A stretch of 64,000 nt of DNA, from contig LVLI01000633.1 of the NCBI GenBank assembly GCA_001687465.1, positions 1 through 64,000 on the forward strand, written 5' to 3'. Below the pieces are notes generated by a model, which was not told the origin of the DNA, ran no database searches, and was given only the letters and a program-made list of their open reading frames with translations. This document shows positions 48,627-62,077 of the stretch, piece by piece. Source of the stretch: Halocafeteria seosinensis (Eukaryota). Numbering within the stretch: the first letter of the stretch is position 1; each line of letters opens with the position of its first letter. Made by a program: the position numbers and the translations under genes.

Positions 48627-49726
48627 TCATTTTGATCTCAAATGCTTTGCAGAGTGCTCCGCCGTCCAAGTGATTTCGGGAACTTGACACCGTCGCCGTT
48701 TATCCCAACTAACATAACCGAGTTGTGACCCCGTTTGCAGGTCGTGAATGCAGGCTGGTGAAGCGTCGATCGCGATCTCGTAGCCTACCATCATCCTGCT
48801 TTCCTCCCCTTTGATCATTTCGGCCTCAGAACGCAAATCATTCACAAATTTTTTGACGTAGTATTTGGTTCCACGAATCCCCATGTGTCCGACGTATCCC
48901 TTGTCATGTTCGCTCTGTTTAGGAAGCGGACGTAGCGGGTTTCGTGTCGTGTACACATCGAGAGTTTCCCCTTTCCAATGGGTTTTTCGCAAGCGAATTT
49001 CGCCGATTTCAGCCAACATCATGCGGTCTAGATAGTTATTATACACGATGAACTTAGTAATTCCGTGTTTCTTCAGAAGTTCCACCCATGCTTTTGCATT
49101 GGGCATACCCGTACAATCAAGACCGTGCTCGATTTCCGTAGCATCTGAGAATACAACAACACGATTGCGAAAACACCATTTTCTCCTTTCCGTTACAGTA
49201 GGACGAACTAAGAGCCAAAGGCAACACTCTCACCTGGGATAGAATCATCATCTACTGGAAACTTTTTCTTCCGCTCGTCTTCGCCAGAGTTACTTCTGTC
49301 GTCGTTATCGTCGTCGGTGACGTGAGTTTCCTCTGTGGTAGAAAGTATTTTGATTTTGTCCTTTATTGGAACCTATGGACCACTGTGGGCTAACATGGTT
49401 TTTATTCGTACCTTCTTCAGTAACTTGCGTTTCGACTTCCTCAGTTGTCTTGCCTGTATTTGTGTCGTGGAAAGTGACATGACTTTCTCATTGATGTCAG
49501 GATTTGATGCCTCCCGGCCACATGCCAACGATTTCTTACCGTTACTGTCTTTTTCAGCGGTCTCTACACTGGTCTGGTGTTCACCATGAGCTACGGCACC
49601 CGTAAGACAATGTTTCTTGTCTGTTTGTGTTTTGCTGTGTTGGAATCCTTCGCTGACTTCTTTGGGAAGTTTTGTTACTTTCTTTCTACTACTAGTCTCC
49701 ATTGTGATAAGAGGTGCTCCGAACAT
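48627..49726 (-). pseudogene. Orphan family copy 3 (in-frame TAG at 49373-49375)
   Basis: Exon 1 reads in frame through one TAG to PVDDDSIP|intron|DATEIEHGLDCTGMPNAKAWVELLKKHGI. Confidence 0.65.
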
Positions 49727-50646
49727 TAGTTCCGCCAGTGTCGGTCGAAATAAGGTGCCACAAAGTTAATTGACCTCTTTAAAGGATGTTGTCATGAAAC
49801 AATACAGAGGCAGATACTATAAAACTTTCGGACGCTGTGGCAAAGTTCAACGTACAAGAAAACGAAGTTTGACCTCATGGTCGCCTGCAATCGTACCAGG
49901 TGCTATTGTAGAATGCATCGGCTTTGGCTTTTTATAACTGATGACCTGGATGTCACAGTTTACAATAAACCGAAACCGAAAAAGAGGAACAAAATAGTAC
50001 TGCGTATATATATGTATATGCACCGGAATGAAGTGGTAGGCGCAGTCAAGAGAATTGTTAGATTTCCCCGCGTTCTGATTCGCATTTTGCAGGGGATAGA
50101 AACATATTTGATATGCAGTGATCTGCTTTCGTACTGTTACCTACTTTGTTGGCTTTTGAATCGGGATGGAGTTTCACGCTGATGCTTCACGGATGAACAT
50201 ACAGCGCCGTAAATTTCAACGTCTTGAGATATATGCATGGGATACATTGCTTCTGAATACGGCCCCACATCGAATTCCAGAGCTTTCGAAACTTACGCGT
50301 AGCCCAGAAACGTCTCCGCACGGCTTGCCGTATGCCACTAGTATAACCACTGCTGTAAACATCATGAACATTCACGCTAAATCATTGGAGAGTGGTTGCA
50401 ACGCCAGCCGAAAGAAATGCACCGTAGTGATACCTAATAGTCAACACCTACTATTGTTTAAGTTTTTTATTATCGGTACTTTGCTTTTTAATTGGTTTGG
50501 TTGTGTCAACGGAGGAAGCAGTGCCGTAACTATTTAATAGAATCTAGCGAAGTTTGAATTCCGTGATTGTGCACAATGGGAATGAAAGCAGCCACTGCCA
50601 GCCACTTATACGAATATGAAAGCACGGAGAAAGAAGCGAACACGAG

Positions 50647-51605
50647 CTACATAAACTGGCAGGTAGAACGAGCTCCTTGTGCTTCAACAATTTTGACAGC
50701 ATCGGAACTTCTACACGCGACGAGTTTCGCCGCGTCATCTTCCGTCCACGTAATGTTTCGGAGATTTTGGCGTTCGTACTTTGGATCCCACGTGACATGC
50801 TCACCTTCAGTACTAGTCTCCAAATCGCGCACGCAGGTCGACTCGGCATTGATGGCCATGTATGGTCCTACACACATTCGAGCTGATTCCCCTTTAATGT
50901 TCGCAACCGAACGCAAATCATCCACGAACTTTTTGACGTAATATTTAGCCCCACGGACTCCTATATATCCAACGTATCCTTCATCGGATGACATGAAGAT
51001 AAAAAATCCGGTGTTTTGTCGAGGAAGCGGATGTAGCGGATTTCTTGAGGTGTACACATCGAGTGTTTCCCCTTTCCAATGGGTCTTCCGGTAGAGTAGC
51101 CGTCCTTCCTTCGAGTCACGATCCCCGGGGCTAACATACAAAATGTACCGGGCAATCCCATGCTTTTTCAGAAGTTCCACCCATGTTTTCGAACTTGGGA
51201 GATCGGTTAGATCGAAACCATGCTGAATACGTTGGGAATCTGAAGGAGAATAAAAAAAATGGAGCCCTGCACAGACTGAAGGACAACGTTCTTACCTGGA
51301 ATGGAATCATCATTCACTGGGCAGTCCCACTTAAAGTACTCTTTGTTGGCTGTGCGTTTGTATACATGGTAGTAGAGTGTACACAGTTTGATATTGACTT
51401 CGTTCTTACCGTTCTTAACACTTCCACTGTCTACTTGTTTTCCTTCGTCGGGAGAAGAATCAGACGACTCAACGTGAGATGTAGATGTAGAAGCTGATGC
51501 TGATGAAGACAATCTACGGGTAATTGCATGGCGGCGTCTCTTGGGCGTTTTGGGTTGAGTTGCTTGGAGAAGCACCCGCTTGGTTGCTGCCCGTTTATTC
51601 TTCAT
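50647..51605 (-). CDS. Orphan family copy 4 (intact, 2 exons), unknown function
   Basis: Exons 51605-51296 and 51239-50647 join in frame: WDCPVNDDSIP|DSQRIQHGFDLTDLPSSKTWVELLKKHGI...RKTHWKGETLDVYT. Confidence 0.75.
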
Positions 51606-52702
51606 GGAGCGTCGCTTTTTTGTTCGAAGGCGTTTGATAATTGCAGTTAAGAAATTGTGCCGTTAAGACGAAAGTCTGTTGCCAAATCAATGATCGGGGT
51701 GGAAAGTTCCCGCTGGGGACTTCGGAAGTACAAGTACATACGTCGAAAGTGTGAAGTAAGGGGCTGGCAAACATCCAATCGAACTGATACAATTGGATAA
51801 ATGGAGTTGGGTCGATTACATATCATGTGATAGAAGTTTCGGAAATATGCAACCGTAGATGATTGATTGTAACACAGTTAAGTAAATGAAATACGGATAA
51901 TTTCATTTCTCCATCTCCAGTTCCAACAACTTTTAATGGGTCAATTTGTGCAACAGCTGCTGAACCGGATGAACGTCTATTCAGAGTACATTGTTCCATC
52001 ATCCTCTCCGAGTTTCTTATTTACTGCTGCAGTTTCCAATGGAGTCAGTCAACGCTAGTATACCGAACATACTGTAGCAATTATAATGCCAAAGCGAACA
52101 CAAAGTGACTTACCTCCTCAGCCATCACTGACCTATGAGCTACACGTATTGTGGTAGAGGGTCACATTTGTCAAAAGTTTTCCCCACGGAATTCCAGCCG
52201 TAGCGGAGCTACAGCTCAACATCATCAGACATCACATGAAAATTTAGTACCAGCAATGGTGGTGGGTTGTCCATAAAACAGACTGGCCGCATGAAACTCC
52301 CCATTTGGAAATGCTCTCACTTAGTACCAAATACCATAGGTAATAGGAAATTCACTCTGGTACGTGTCCTTCTTGAAGATGTTCGCATCGCCTTCGTTTT
52401 GTGCCCATGCTTGGGATTCGCTTGCATGAGAGGCACTGAGCACTGTTTCCCCCGTTTTCATGGGTGATAGCTGTGGCAATCACATATTCCCTTAGGCGGA
52501 GTGCGTGTTACCATGTCTGCTTGGTAATTGTTGAATGTCCAACTTGTGCCCAGAGAAGACTGTGTGGGTGTGGTGATGCATACCAGATAGATATTTCCCA
52601 CTAATGTACGAGCGTGTATGCAACAAGGGATTCAGCACGAAAGGTGGTGGCGTTGCTAGTGCGTTTTGATGTGATGAACCACAGTATCACTAATGTGGTT
52701 TC

Positions 52703-55700
52703 ATGTGGGCGCAGGTTGAAGATTCTCGTAGAAGCAGGATGCAGACTGTGGTGGCATGCACTTTGCTGGCCATAATTCGAATTGGACACTTCTGCATCAT
52801 AAACGCTGCGGTGATACAGTCTCAGGCTCACCAGGTGCCGGCTCTGGTGCACGAGGTATCGTCATCAGGCGTTCGATCATGGTAAGGTTACCTGTTGTAG
52901 TCAGATTTGCATATAGCATACAAATAGTGTATGTTGGATTTTGTACGTTACAGCGGGTTAAGCCATCCCCATATGAGAGACCTTACTGGCCCGTCAAGGA
53001 TAGTCCCTCAAGTATATCCCCAAAACAAAATACAACCCGACCAACCTAAACGTGGAGCAAGGAAACTACAGGAAGGGAGCTTTATGTCTATCGATGAAGC
53101 TGAGAGACTTGGTAGGACAAGCAGTCTACGCATCACAGTAAGCTCCTTTGGGCCTTGGGATCGCATACTAGTTTGGTTTAGTTTGCACCCTTTCAACAGT
53201 TGTTATGGTCGGTTATCGAAGGCGGGGACCACAACGGGATTTCGCACCCTCGGCAGTGTAATGCAAAAGGTAGGTTGTGGCAAAAGTAGCATGCTTTACA
53301 TTGACATCCGTGATATATTCCATTCAAGTTGTTTTGGTGCTGGAAACGTTCAGACCAAACTGTAGAGACTAGAGGGGCTGACAAGAAGTGCCCGTTCGAC
53401 GCATCCGATTCCAACGAATGTATTACGTGGAAATGCGACTCCCAGAACGTCATCAATCCTAGTGCGAATACCTTTGCTAGAAAGCGCTACTCGATAATGA
53501 AACGGACGACAGAATGGGTAAGCAACTGTTGGGTTGATTGCGTTCTATCGATACTATCTACCATATATGGTATGGGCTACTACCAGGCGAAGAACTATTG
53601 GGAACGGACATTACGGCTAAAACCAATCAACGACTCAATAGTAATTGGCGATAACGAAATGAATGCGTTTTCGCTCCCTGGTAGGTTGAATTGCTAATTT
53701 GAACAGCGTCATCAGCATTTTCATCAGTCCTGAATTCCAATACAGAATCGAGTAGAATCCAGAACGACACAGATTTGGTCGTTATAATGACCGCTAGACC
53801 TTCTCCTGAAATTTCTGTAGCAGGGTTTGCCACTTGCATTCAAAGTGACCAATATTCCCGATGCACAGTTGGGCAGTTCAATTGGGTTCCCGATGTTTTT
53901 GACCTGCAAAATGAGTTCGCTGATCATTCAATGAGAAAAGACCGCCACACTGCTGCTCATGAAATCGGCCATTTACTAGGTACGCTCCCACATGTCGTCG
54001 TCTCATCCAGTGTCAGGTAAACGCCAGTACTTTGATTTTGCGCATGATACTCATTGCAGGCGCGGTGCTTCTAGGAAACCAGCGAAATCATATAGACGAC
54101 TTTGGAAACCGGCGGAACCTTGATGACATTGCTCTCATTTTACAAGAAAGTGATCACTACGAGAAAATGGTTAATAAAGTGAAAACACCTCGTGTTCTCA
54201 ATGTCAGTCGAACTCAATTCAGTTGTCCCACTTTGGAAGGTGTAACTGTGGAAGATGTTCCTCTGGGCTTCGGGTCCCATTGGGAAGCCCGTCTTTTGGG
54301 TCCTGAATTCATGAGCTACGGAGGAAGTTCGGGTGAAGTCTACATATCTGACCTGACTCTAGCTTTCTTGGAAGACACGAGTATGTATTTCTCTACAAAA
54401 TGCTAAATTCCCATTGTTTCCGTAGGTTCGTGGTGTTGCAGACCAATTTCGAGCTAATTATTCAAACGCGGGTCTGCTGGTGAAGCCTCGGGAAGTCCCA
54501 TTTCGCTTAGGAGGACCCCCATTTTTAACGCGAGGAACAGTAGAGCGTGAAGAGCCAGAAGTAGTTGAAAGTTCCGGAATGTTAACTTGGGGCAAAGGCG
54601 AAGGCTGTGACTTTGTCCTCAAATCTGCCAGAACGTGGTCGCAAGACTACAAGTGTGTTAAACACCAAGACCATGGATGCACTGCGGATAACAAAAACTC
54701 CGCAGTATGTTCTTTGCGCCTAGGATGGAAAGTAAGTGGCAAGATATAGAAAGGCACGGGGTAAAAAGCTAATGGTGAACCCAATTGTTTCCAGATTCAA
54801 GGTGACTACAGCTGTAGCTATGGCACTAATACGAACCAGCTTTGCAGTACTTGTACTGATGGGACATGCCCTCTACCACAAATTTACCGGTATTTCAGTA
54901 GCGAAGAAGTGGACCACGCAGTGTCAGAGACTAACGTCGAAGGTTCCGAAGTATCTGTTGAGCAGTTAGGCGGATTTTCCAGCAGTATGGACTACGTACC
55001 TGTAAGCATCATTGGACATGTAAGCGTTAGCTTGTAAACGACTCGTCACTGTCAATGCACAGGTGCGAGTGAAATTTTGGAACTGTCGGGATCTTAAGTC
55101 CGGCGTCAATACCACCACCAGAGCGGACACCGGTGGTGCAAATATTGATCTTGGGGAGCTGACTGGTGGTATTCTACCTCACGTAGAGAATTTTGGGGGA
55201 CAAGAACACTGCGCTACATGCAGATGTTTTGAGTCAACTCTTAGAGAACTGACTTCCTTTGCATTTGATCCACGGTTTCCCAAACTTGGTTTATGCTATC
55301 GTGCCAACTGCTTCCGGAAAGACTATCTGCAAGTTGCAATTCGCAACCAATTGGGTGGTGTCAGCTGGTATAAATGCCCACAAAAGGGTGGGAAGATCAT
55401 TTTGGCTGGTTTTACAGGTTCTTTGAGATGTCCTGACTCCTCGGTATTTTGTACTCATGAGCACGCTACTGGAGTTAAATATCCGGAAACAGGTGCGAGT
55501 GTTTTGAAATTGTTGCCGGTACAGAGCCAAGCTCATGTGTGAACAAGTGTCCAATGCAGACCCTATGCTGGAAATCATTGTTTATGCTATACTAGGAGGC
55601 ATTGCATTGCTGTTCATGTGTATATGCTGTGGTCCGAATTGGCGGAACAAAGTGAGTTGGAATCTCAGTGGTAGTGTTACCTTGGTCACCGCCAGTCAGT

Positions 55701-57037
55701 GTACGGCCCAACTGTGTGCAGCTGGTTGCTTCCTGTAAGCGATGTTGCGGAGTGACCCAATTCGATAAAACATATCGAAGTCGCAGTAGTGAAGCCATCT
55801 TAATCTTTCGTCCGGAAAGACGAATAGGAATCGCACTGCTAATGGTGAACTGCTTAATGCTTTCTACCGGCATTTCTATCTTTGCTTTAGCAATCTACGG
55901 TATGATCGACGGTATCATTTCTACCTCTGCCATTCCTCTAGCTGTAGGAGGAATTCTCATGATATTGCTATCGGTATTGGGGATGATAGGTGGCTTGAAA
56001 GTAGCCCGAGGTCCGAGCTGTTGCGCCATCGTATTTTTTTATGGTTCACTTTCGGTGCTTCTTAGCCTCCTGTGGTTTCTCATTTATTTATTAGTTTTCC
56101 CTGGTAAGTGAAGTTTACAGCTTGATTCTTCAGTTTCCAACATAGGGTGTGCCTTGTTTCCAGACTCGTGGAGTATACATACGGAGCAAAACCTTGAGGT
56201 GTGTGTGTGTGTGTGTGTGTATGTCAAGAGCAGGAATTAGGTAAGATGACTAGTCTTAGTTTACCTTCGCAGCTATACAGCGATATGTTTCCACACAAAG
56301 TTAATGAGAACCTTTCGACGGAGCAGCAGGCGGAACAGCTAGAAAATTTCTTGAAGAGCAATAGCACAATACTGTTAGGTGGGGGATTCGCTCTGTTTTG
56401 TGTGTATCTATGCAACATACTTCTAACCATGACAGCACTGGGGAAACGGGCAGTCGTTGCTGTCAATTATACGTTGCTCAATCATGTATTGTGGATACTA
56501 GGTGTTCTCACGGTCGGAATCGGAGCTTCATTTGCTATTTTGCAAGGCTCGTTTGCTACGGAAGAGCAATTGCCGTATGTGATCGTAGCTGCGGGTTTAG
56601 TCGCAACTGTTTCTGGTATCATTGGCATCGTGGGAGCATTTAAGAAAAGTCTAGCGCTGACAGTTCTGAACTTAGCAATACTGCTCTGTGTGCTCGGAAT
56701 TATGCTCGCAGCTGTGGTGCTCGCATTCCAACGCAGTGAAGAAATCAGGGGGAAAGTTGACAGCATGAGCGCTACAGAGAAGCAAAAACTTGGAGAAGAC
56801 TTGGGTTTTGCGACTTTATCAGATAAACAGCTCCAAGAAGAACTAGAACAGTTCTTCCGGCGAATCGGAATGTCCTTCGCTGTTTCGATCGTCCTGCTAG
56901 TGTTCCTTTTTGTCTCGGGAATTTTCTACGCAAAGTACGCAAAGGAGTGGAATAAAAAACTATTCCGCGTCAATCATCGTGCAATCCAAAGTGACGAGCG
57001 CCGTCCGAGCCAACCAATGGCTGATGAAGCAACGTAG
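52703..57037 (+). CDS. Leishmanolysin-like (M8) metalloprotease fused to TM + two tetraspanin-like domains, copy 1
   Basis: Signal peptide; propeptide Cys (SC|GLSH); TAAHEIGHLLG; SHWEARLLGPEFMS (third His, Met-turn); ISDLTLAFLEDT; MDYVP; in-frame splicing into ~9 hydrophobic helices. Confidence 0.85.
56199..56220. repeat. (GT)n microsatellite forming an intron donor
   Basis: cttgag|gtgtgtgt... 11 GT units at the 5' splice site; paralog has gag|gtacgt at the same position. Confidence 0.85.
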
Positions 57038-57728
57038 TGTGGTAGCGCGGTGAACCGTGCTATCACAGTCTGTACCCAGTACCGTAAAGTTGGTTCTTGA
57101 GGAAAACCACAATGTAGGGGAACCACGCGGTCAAGCCCGGAAACGTAGTTAGAATGTACAGCCGTATGAACGTGCGCTGTGGTGGATTCCTGGAGAATTG
57201 TCGGAGCAACGGGGTTGAAGACTGTCTAGCCAGCGCACTGTGCACTATGACAACGCCGTCTTGCGACCTGTCTTCCTCGGAGCATTGCGTACGAGCAATA
57301 AGGATAGAAACGTCGAGATGATTGGTTGGTAAAGCGCACGTTGCTTCGATAACTTTTAAACACGTTGCTACTGCGAAGGAATATCGAATTAACGGTCGGG
57401 AGCCACAAACAAAAACGAAGTTCCAAGTTCGTTTCGATCATCTCGTGCTTTCGTCGCACCACCGGGCTTGTCCTTGCATACAGACTGCATTCCAGCAGGA
57501 CATATAGCTCCTCTTGCTGTTTATGCGTTCGGTGAAGGTGACCATATCTATTGTGGTTTGGTTATAGAGTAAGCGTAGACTGCAGCGAGCGCCATTACCG
57601 GCAGTTGAGCTGAGCATTGGACTCCGGAAGCGGCAGTTACTTGAGTCGAGTTCAAGGAAAAGAAGCCATCCACAATATTGTATAATCCGGGTTGTCCATC
57701 GCATGCGGCACTCTCTGAGTACAACGTC

Positions 57729-60700
57729 ATGACCTTGTCGCCACCGAGGAACGAAGAGCGAGAAACAGTGCGAAAGCTGCAGCTGGTATTGCTGACCGGA
57801 ATGATACCGACGATTTTGTGTGTGCAAGGAGTCAATGTGGATTCCACGTTTCACCAGCGCAATTTGCAGAACGAGAAACAAGGCCCTCTCTCGGGTGGGC
57901 GGCCATGGTACGTGTAACTTCCAGCTCCCGAAATCATGATGACGGTAGATTCAGGCTTTCCCGTCGTTTCGCACTATTCAGTGGTTTAAGTGATGCGAAG
58001 ACTTTGGAGAGTCTTGATAGACCCCCCTCAGTTGTACGTCAAGCGTACCCACAAAAAGATGATTTCCCAACGCTGAGCTCGACGAGAGACAGAGAAAGGG
58101 AATTGTCTTCAAATGGTGACGAGAGCACCGACACATTCTTGCCTATTGGTGAAGCAGAAGAGAGAGGAGAAACTGACTACATTCGAATCAAGGTAGGCAA
58201 GCATCTATTTATTCCTTGCCGAACCATTCAGTTCATACGTGCTTGAGAACGCAGCTGATATGGGACGTGATTGATTCTGGTGACCACAACGGCGAAAACC
58301 ACCCGCGTCAATGCAATGAAAAAGGTGAGTAAACGTTGCGACGTGCTCCCATCCTCTTGAGTATGCGCCGACCAACTCGTTCGCAGGTGATACGGTTGAA
58401 GCTAAAGGGAAGGATGAACCCTGTAATTACGACTCGAACGACTGCATTGAGTGGGAGTGTAATGGCGACAATGTTGTGAATCCAAAAGCTAGCGCGGGAG
58501 CTAAGAAACGCTACTCGATTATGAAGGAGAGAACAGAGTGGGTAAGTCTGGTGATTTTTGAGGCCACTGGATTTTCGATAACTATTTGATGCATACAACT
58601 GCAGGCGAAGCAATTCTGGGAGCGGACCGTGAGGCTAAAACCAATAAACGACTCTGAGCATCGAACAAAGCATTCTGGACGAGTTTTCATTGAGTGCGTG
58701 CTATGGGTAGTGAAGTAATCAGAGTCATCCGTGTGATTATTATCCTGCGTTATACAGACAACCAAAGCGTTCATAATGATACGGACATGGTTATTATAAT
58801 GACTGCTAGGCCGTCTCCTGAGGTATCCATTGCTGGGTTCGCAAGTTGTTTGCAGTGCGATCAACATTACCGGTGCACAGTCGGTCAGTTTAACTGGGTA
58901 CCGGATGTATTTGACACCCTAAATCCAAATTCAGACAATGCAATCAGGAGTGATAGACACACGGCTACACATGAAATTGCGCATTTGTTAGGTTAGCAGT
59001 GTCGTCTCACCCGCTCTGCTCTGTACATTTTCATGTACCGGTCAAATTGACGCTGCAGGGGCCGTACTTCTGGGTTCATCGCGCAACGTAATCGATGAAA
59101 AGGGCAATCGGCTTAGCGCGGAAGAATTTGCTCCAATTGTAGTAGACGAGAGCGAACATTACAAGAAAAGTGTGAACCAAGTTAACACTACCCGTGTTCT
59201 CAGTACCGCCAGATCTCAACTTAACTGCGAGAGCTTGGAGGGAGTGACAGTGGAGGATGTAGAACTAGGAGCCGCTGCTCATTGGGAGTCTCGAATCCTT
59301 GGGCCTGAGTTCATGAGTTATGGTGGAGCGTCAGGAGAAGTATACATATCTGACCTTACTCTAGCGTTCTTAGAAGATACCAGTAGGTGTACTGCAAACT
59401 TTGCTATTGTATGAGTTCTTAACTTGCTTGAGCATGCGTCACGAGCAGATCAATTTCGAGTGAATTATTCCAACGCGGGGTTACTTGTGCAACCTACTGA
59501 GGTTTCATTTCGTCTTGGAGGACCCCTTTTCTTGGCAAGGGGAACTGTTACTAGAGAGGAACCTCCAGAGCCTGATACTCCAGGTACACTTACGTGGGGT
59601 AAAATGGAGGGCTGTACCTTTGTCAAGGGATCAGCAAGAAATTGGCCGGCTCAGTATAACTGCTTTAAACACCAAGAGTTTGGATGCACCCCTGACAACA
59701 AAAACTCGGCCGTATGCACTCTTAACTGGGAGCTGCTGGTATGACTGCCTTTGCCTGATTTAAGGTGCTAAATGTTTGTTCAACATTGGATGTTAGCGTT
59801 TTGAATGCAGGACGATGGAGTGGATTCTTGCTATTGGGATGAAGAGAATAGGGAGAAGAGTTGCACTTCATTCTCTGGCGAACTTCCCAAGATGTATCAG
59901 TATTTTTCATCGGACGAAGTAGCAACCGCTCTGACGAATGTTAACGTGGACGTTTCAAAAATCAAGGTGTCCAATTTAGGGGGTTTCTCGAGAAGCATGG
60001 ATTATGTGTCTGTAGGTTGATGTACCATGTATTGCGGGGGATGATGGTGCTTGTACCCGAGAGTGGTTTCTGATTTTCATCGCAGGTACAAGTTAAGTTT
60101 TGGAACTGTCGGGACGTAAAGTCCTCGCTAAATACGTCCTCAAAAGACGATACAGGCTTAGGTATCGATTTAGGGGGTATAGCGGGGTCCATACTCCCGG
60201 ATATGGAACGATTTGGGGGCCAAGAACATTGCGCAACTTGTCGGTGTTTTGAGTCTTCACTGCGAGAATTAACATCTTTCGCCTTCAGCCCCAAGTTTCC
60301 AAAGTTCGGTCTGTGCTATCGAGCGAATTGCTTCCGTCGGGACTACCTTCAGGTCGCCGTTCGGAACCAGTTGGGCGGTGTGAGCTGGTACAAGTGTCCG
60401 CAGAACGGCGGCAAGATCTATTTAGCTGGATTCACTGGTGCTTTGCACTGTCCGGATGCTGTGGCCTTCTGCAAGCACGAAGAAATTACAGGGATAAAGT
60501 ACCCGGAAACAAGTATGTCAGAGTGTTGCTACTATGAATTACCGGCGTCATGGTTTCAGTGTTTAAGCTGCAGATCCTGTTGTTGAGTTTGTGGTATTCT
60601 CTGTTCTGGGGGGTGTCGCCTTGGCATTTCTTTGTATCGGCTGTGGTCCGAATTGGAGGGAAAATGTACGTTCGTCCGTTCGCGACCTCCGTCTATCAGT

Positions 60701-62077
60701 CTTTCTCAAGATGTGTACCTGGCTTTGTATTGGTGCAGCTGATTACGTGGTGTAAACGCCGCTGTGGTGTAATTCAATTCGACTTGAGATCGCGTAAGAA
60801 GAAAACTCCCGAGCTGTTTGTACCGGAAAAGAGAACAGGGTTAGCAATGCTACTGCTGAATGGATTAGTTTTATCTGTTGGAATCATACTGCTGTTTATG
60901 GCGATTTATGGAATGGCGGAGGGCATTATTTCCACGTCTGCAATACCGCTGGTCACAGGAGGAATTTTTGCCATGGTGATAGCGCTCATCGGTATGGTCA
61001 GTGGACTCAAAGTGGCCCGAGGGCCTAGCTGCTGCACTGTAGCTTTCTTTTATATCACGCTGGGTGTAGTTCTCTCGCTTTTGTGGTTCTTGCTCTATCT
61101 TTTGGCCTTCCCTGGTATGTAGATACCGAAATTCTGTCTCTGATCCTGCGTCAAACCAGTTCCGTTTTTATTTCCAGACTCATGGGAGGAACATGCCAAG
61201 GACAACCTAGAGGTACGTGCGGTTATCACATTGGAAGGTAGCGAGCTGTTTAGGTTTATCTGTCAGTGCAACTATTTGTGTTTGCCTCTTCTTCGTGCAG
61301 CTCTACCGAGATATGTTTCCTAATCAGGTTGATGACGATGCCACAACGGATCAGCAAGCGCAGCAGCTAGCAGAGTTCCTAAAGCGAAAGAGCGTGGTAA
61401 TCATCAACGGTGGATTTGTCGTCTTGGCAGTTTACTTGATGAACTTGGGGCTCACAGTGCGGGTCCTCGGTCCTCGTTCATTGGTTGCGACAAATTACAC
61501 CCTTCTAAACAATGTCTTATGGATATTAGGCCTCTTAACGTTTGCTATTGGCACAGCGTTTGCTGCACTTCAGGGATCATTTGCAACCGAGGATAAGTTA
61601 CCTGAACTGATCATGGCCGTGGGAGGGATAGCTACTGTAGCGGGAATGCTAGGAACTATCGGCGCGTTCAAGAAGAACTTATTCCTGTGCACCGTGAACG
61701 TCTTGATCCTTCTTGGGCTATTAGGAGTAATGATAGCCTCCGTCGTGATCGCCTTTCAGAGAAGCGAACAAATAAAAGAAGAGGTTAAGAACATGAGTGC
61801 TGAGGAAAAGCGGCAAATCGGTGAGGATATGGGCTTTGCCACTCTCTCCGACCAGCAGCTAGAGGAAGAACTGGAACAAGCACTTCGAAGAATTGGAATG
61901 TCGTTCGCTGTGTCAATCATATTGGTTTTGTTGCTGCTTATTTCGGGCATCTTCTATTTGAAGTATGCGAAGGAGTGGAAAACGAGGGTGAAGCGTGTCG
62001 AGATCAGATCCGACAAAGAAAAAGCAACGGGTCGTGCTGAGGATATCAACGGAGTCAACGGCAAAGAGGATCAGTGA
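57729..62077 (+). CDS. M8 protease-double tetraspanin-like fusion, copy 2 (apparent 2-nt frameshift at ~58655)
   Basis: TATHEIAHLLG, AHWESRILGPEFMS, same intron positions and TM block as copy 1; exon 58605-58693 is 89 nt where phase requires 3n+1. Confidence 0.8.

Noticed and set aside
25652..49375. In-frame TAG codons (25652-25654, 49373-49375) as evidence of stop-codon reassignment
   Set aside because: GluRS, TAF5-like and M8 copy 1 end at TAG at plausible termini, and the conserved genes read here need no internal TAG; these are more simply pseudogene lesions.
48627..51240. Assignment of the orphan domain to lipoyl/biotinyl or GH17/GH25 families
   Set aside because: Only short superficial resemblances (DEGY; VELLKKHGITK); the lipoyl Lys motif and GH catalytic patterns are not evident.
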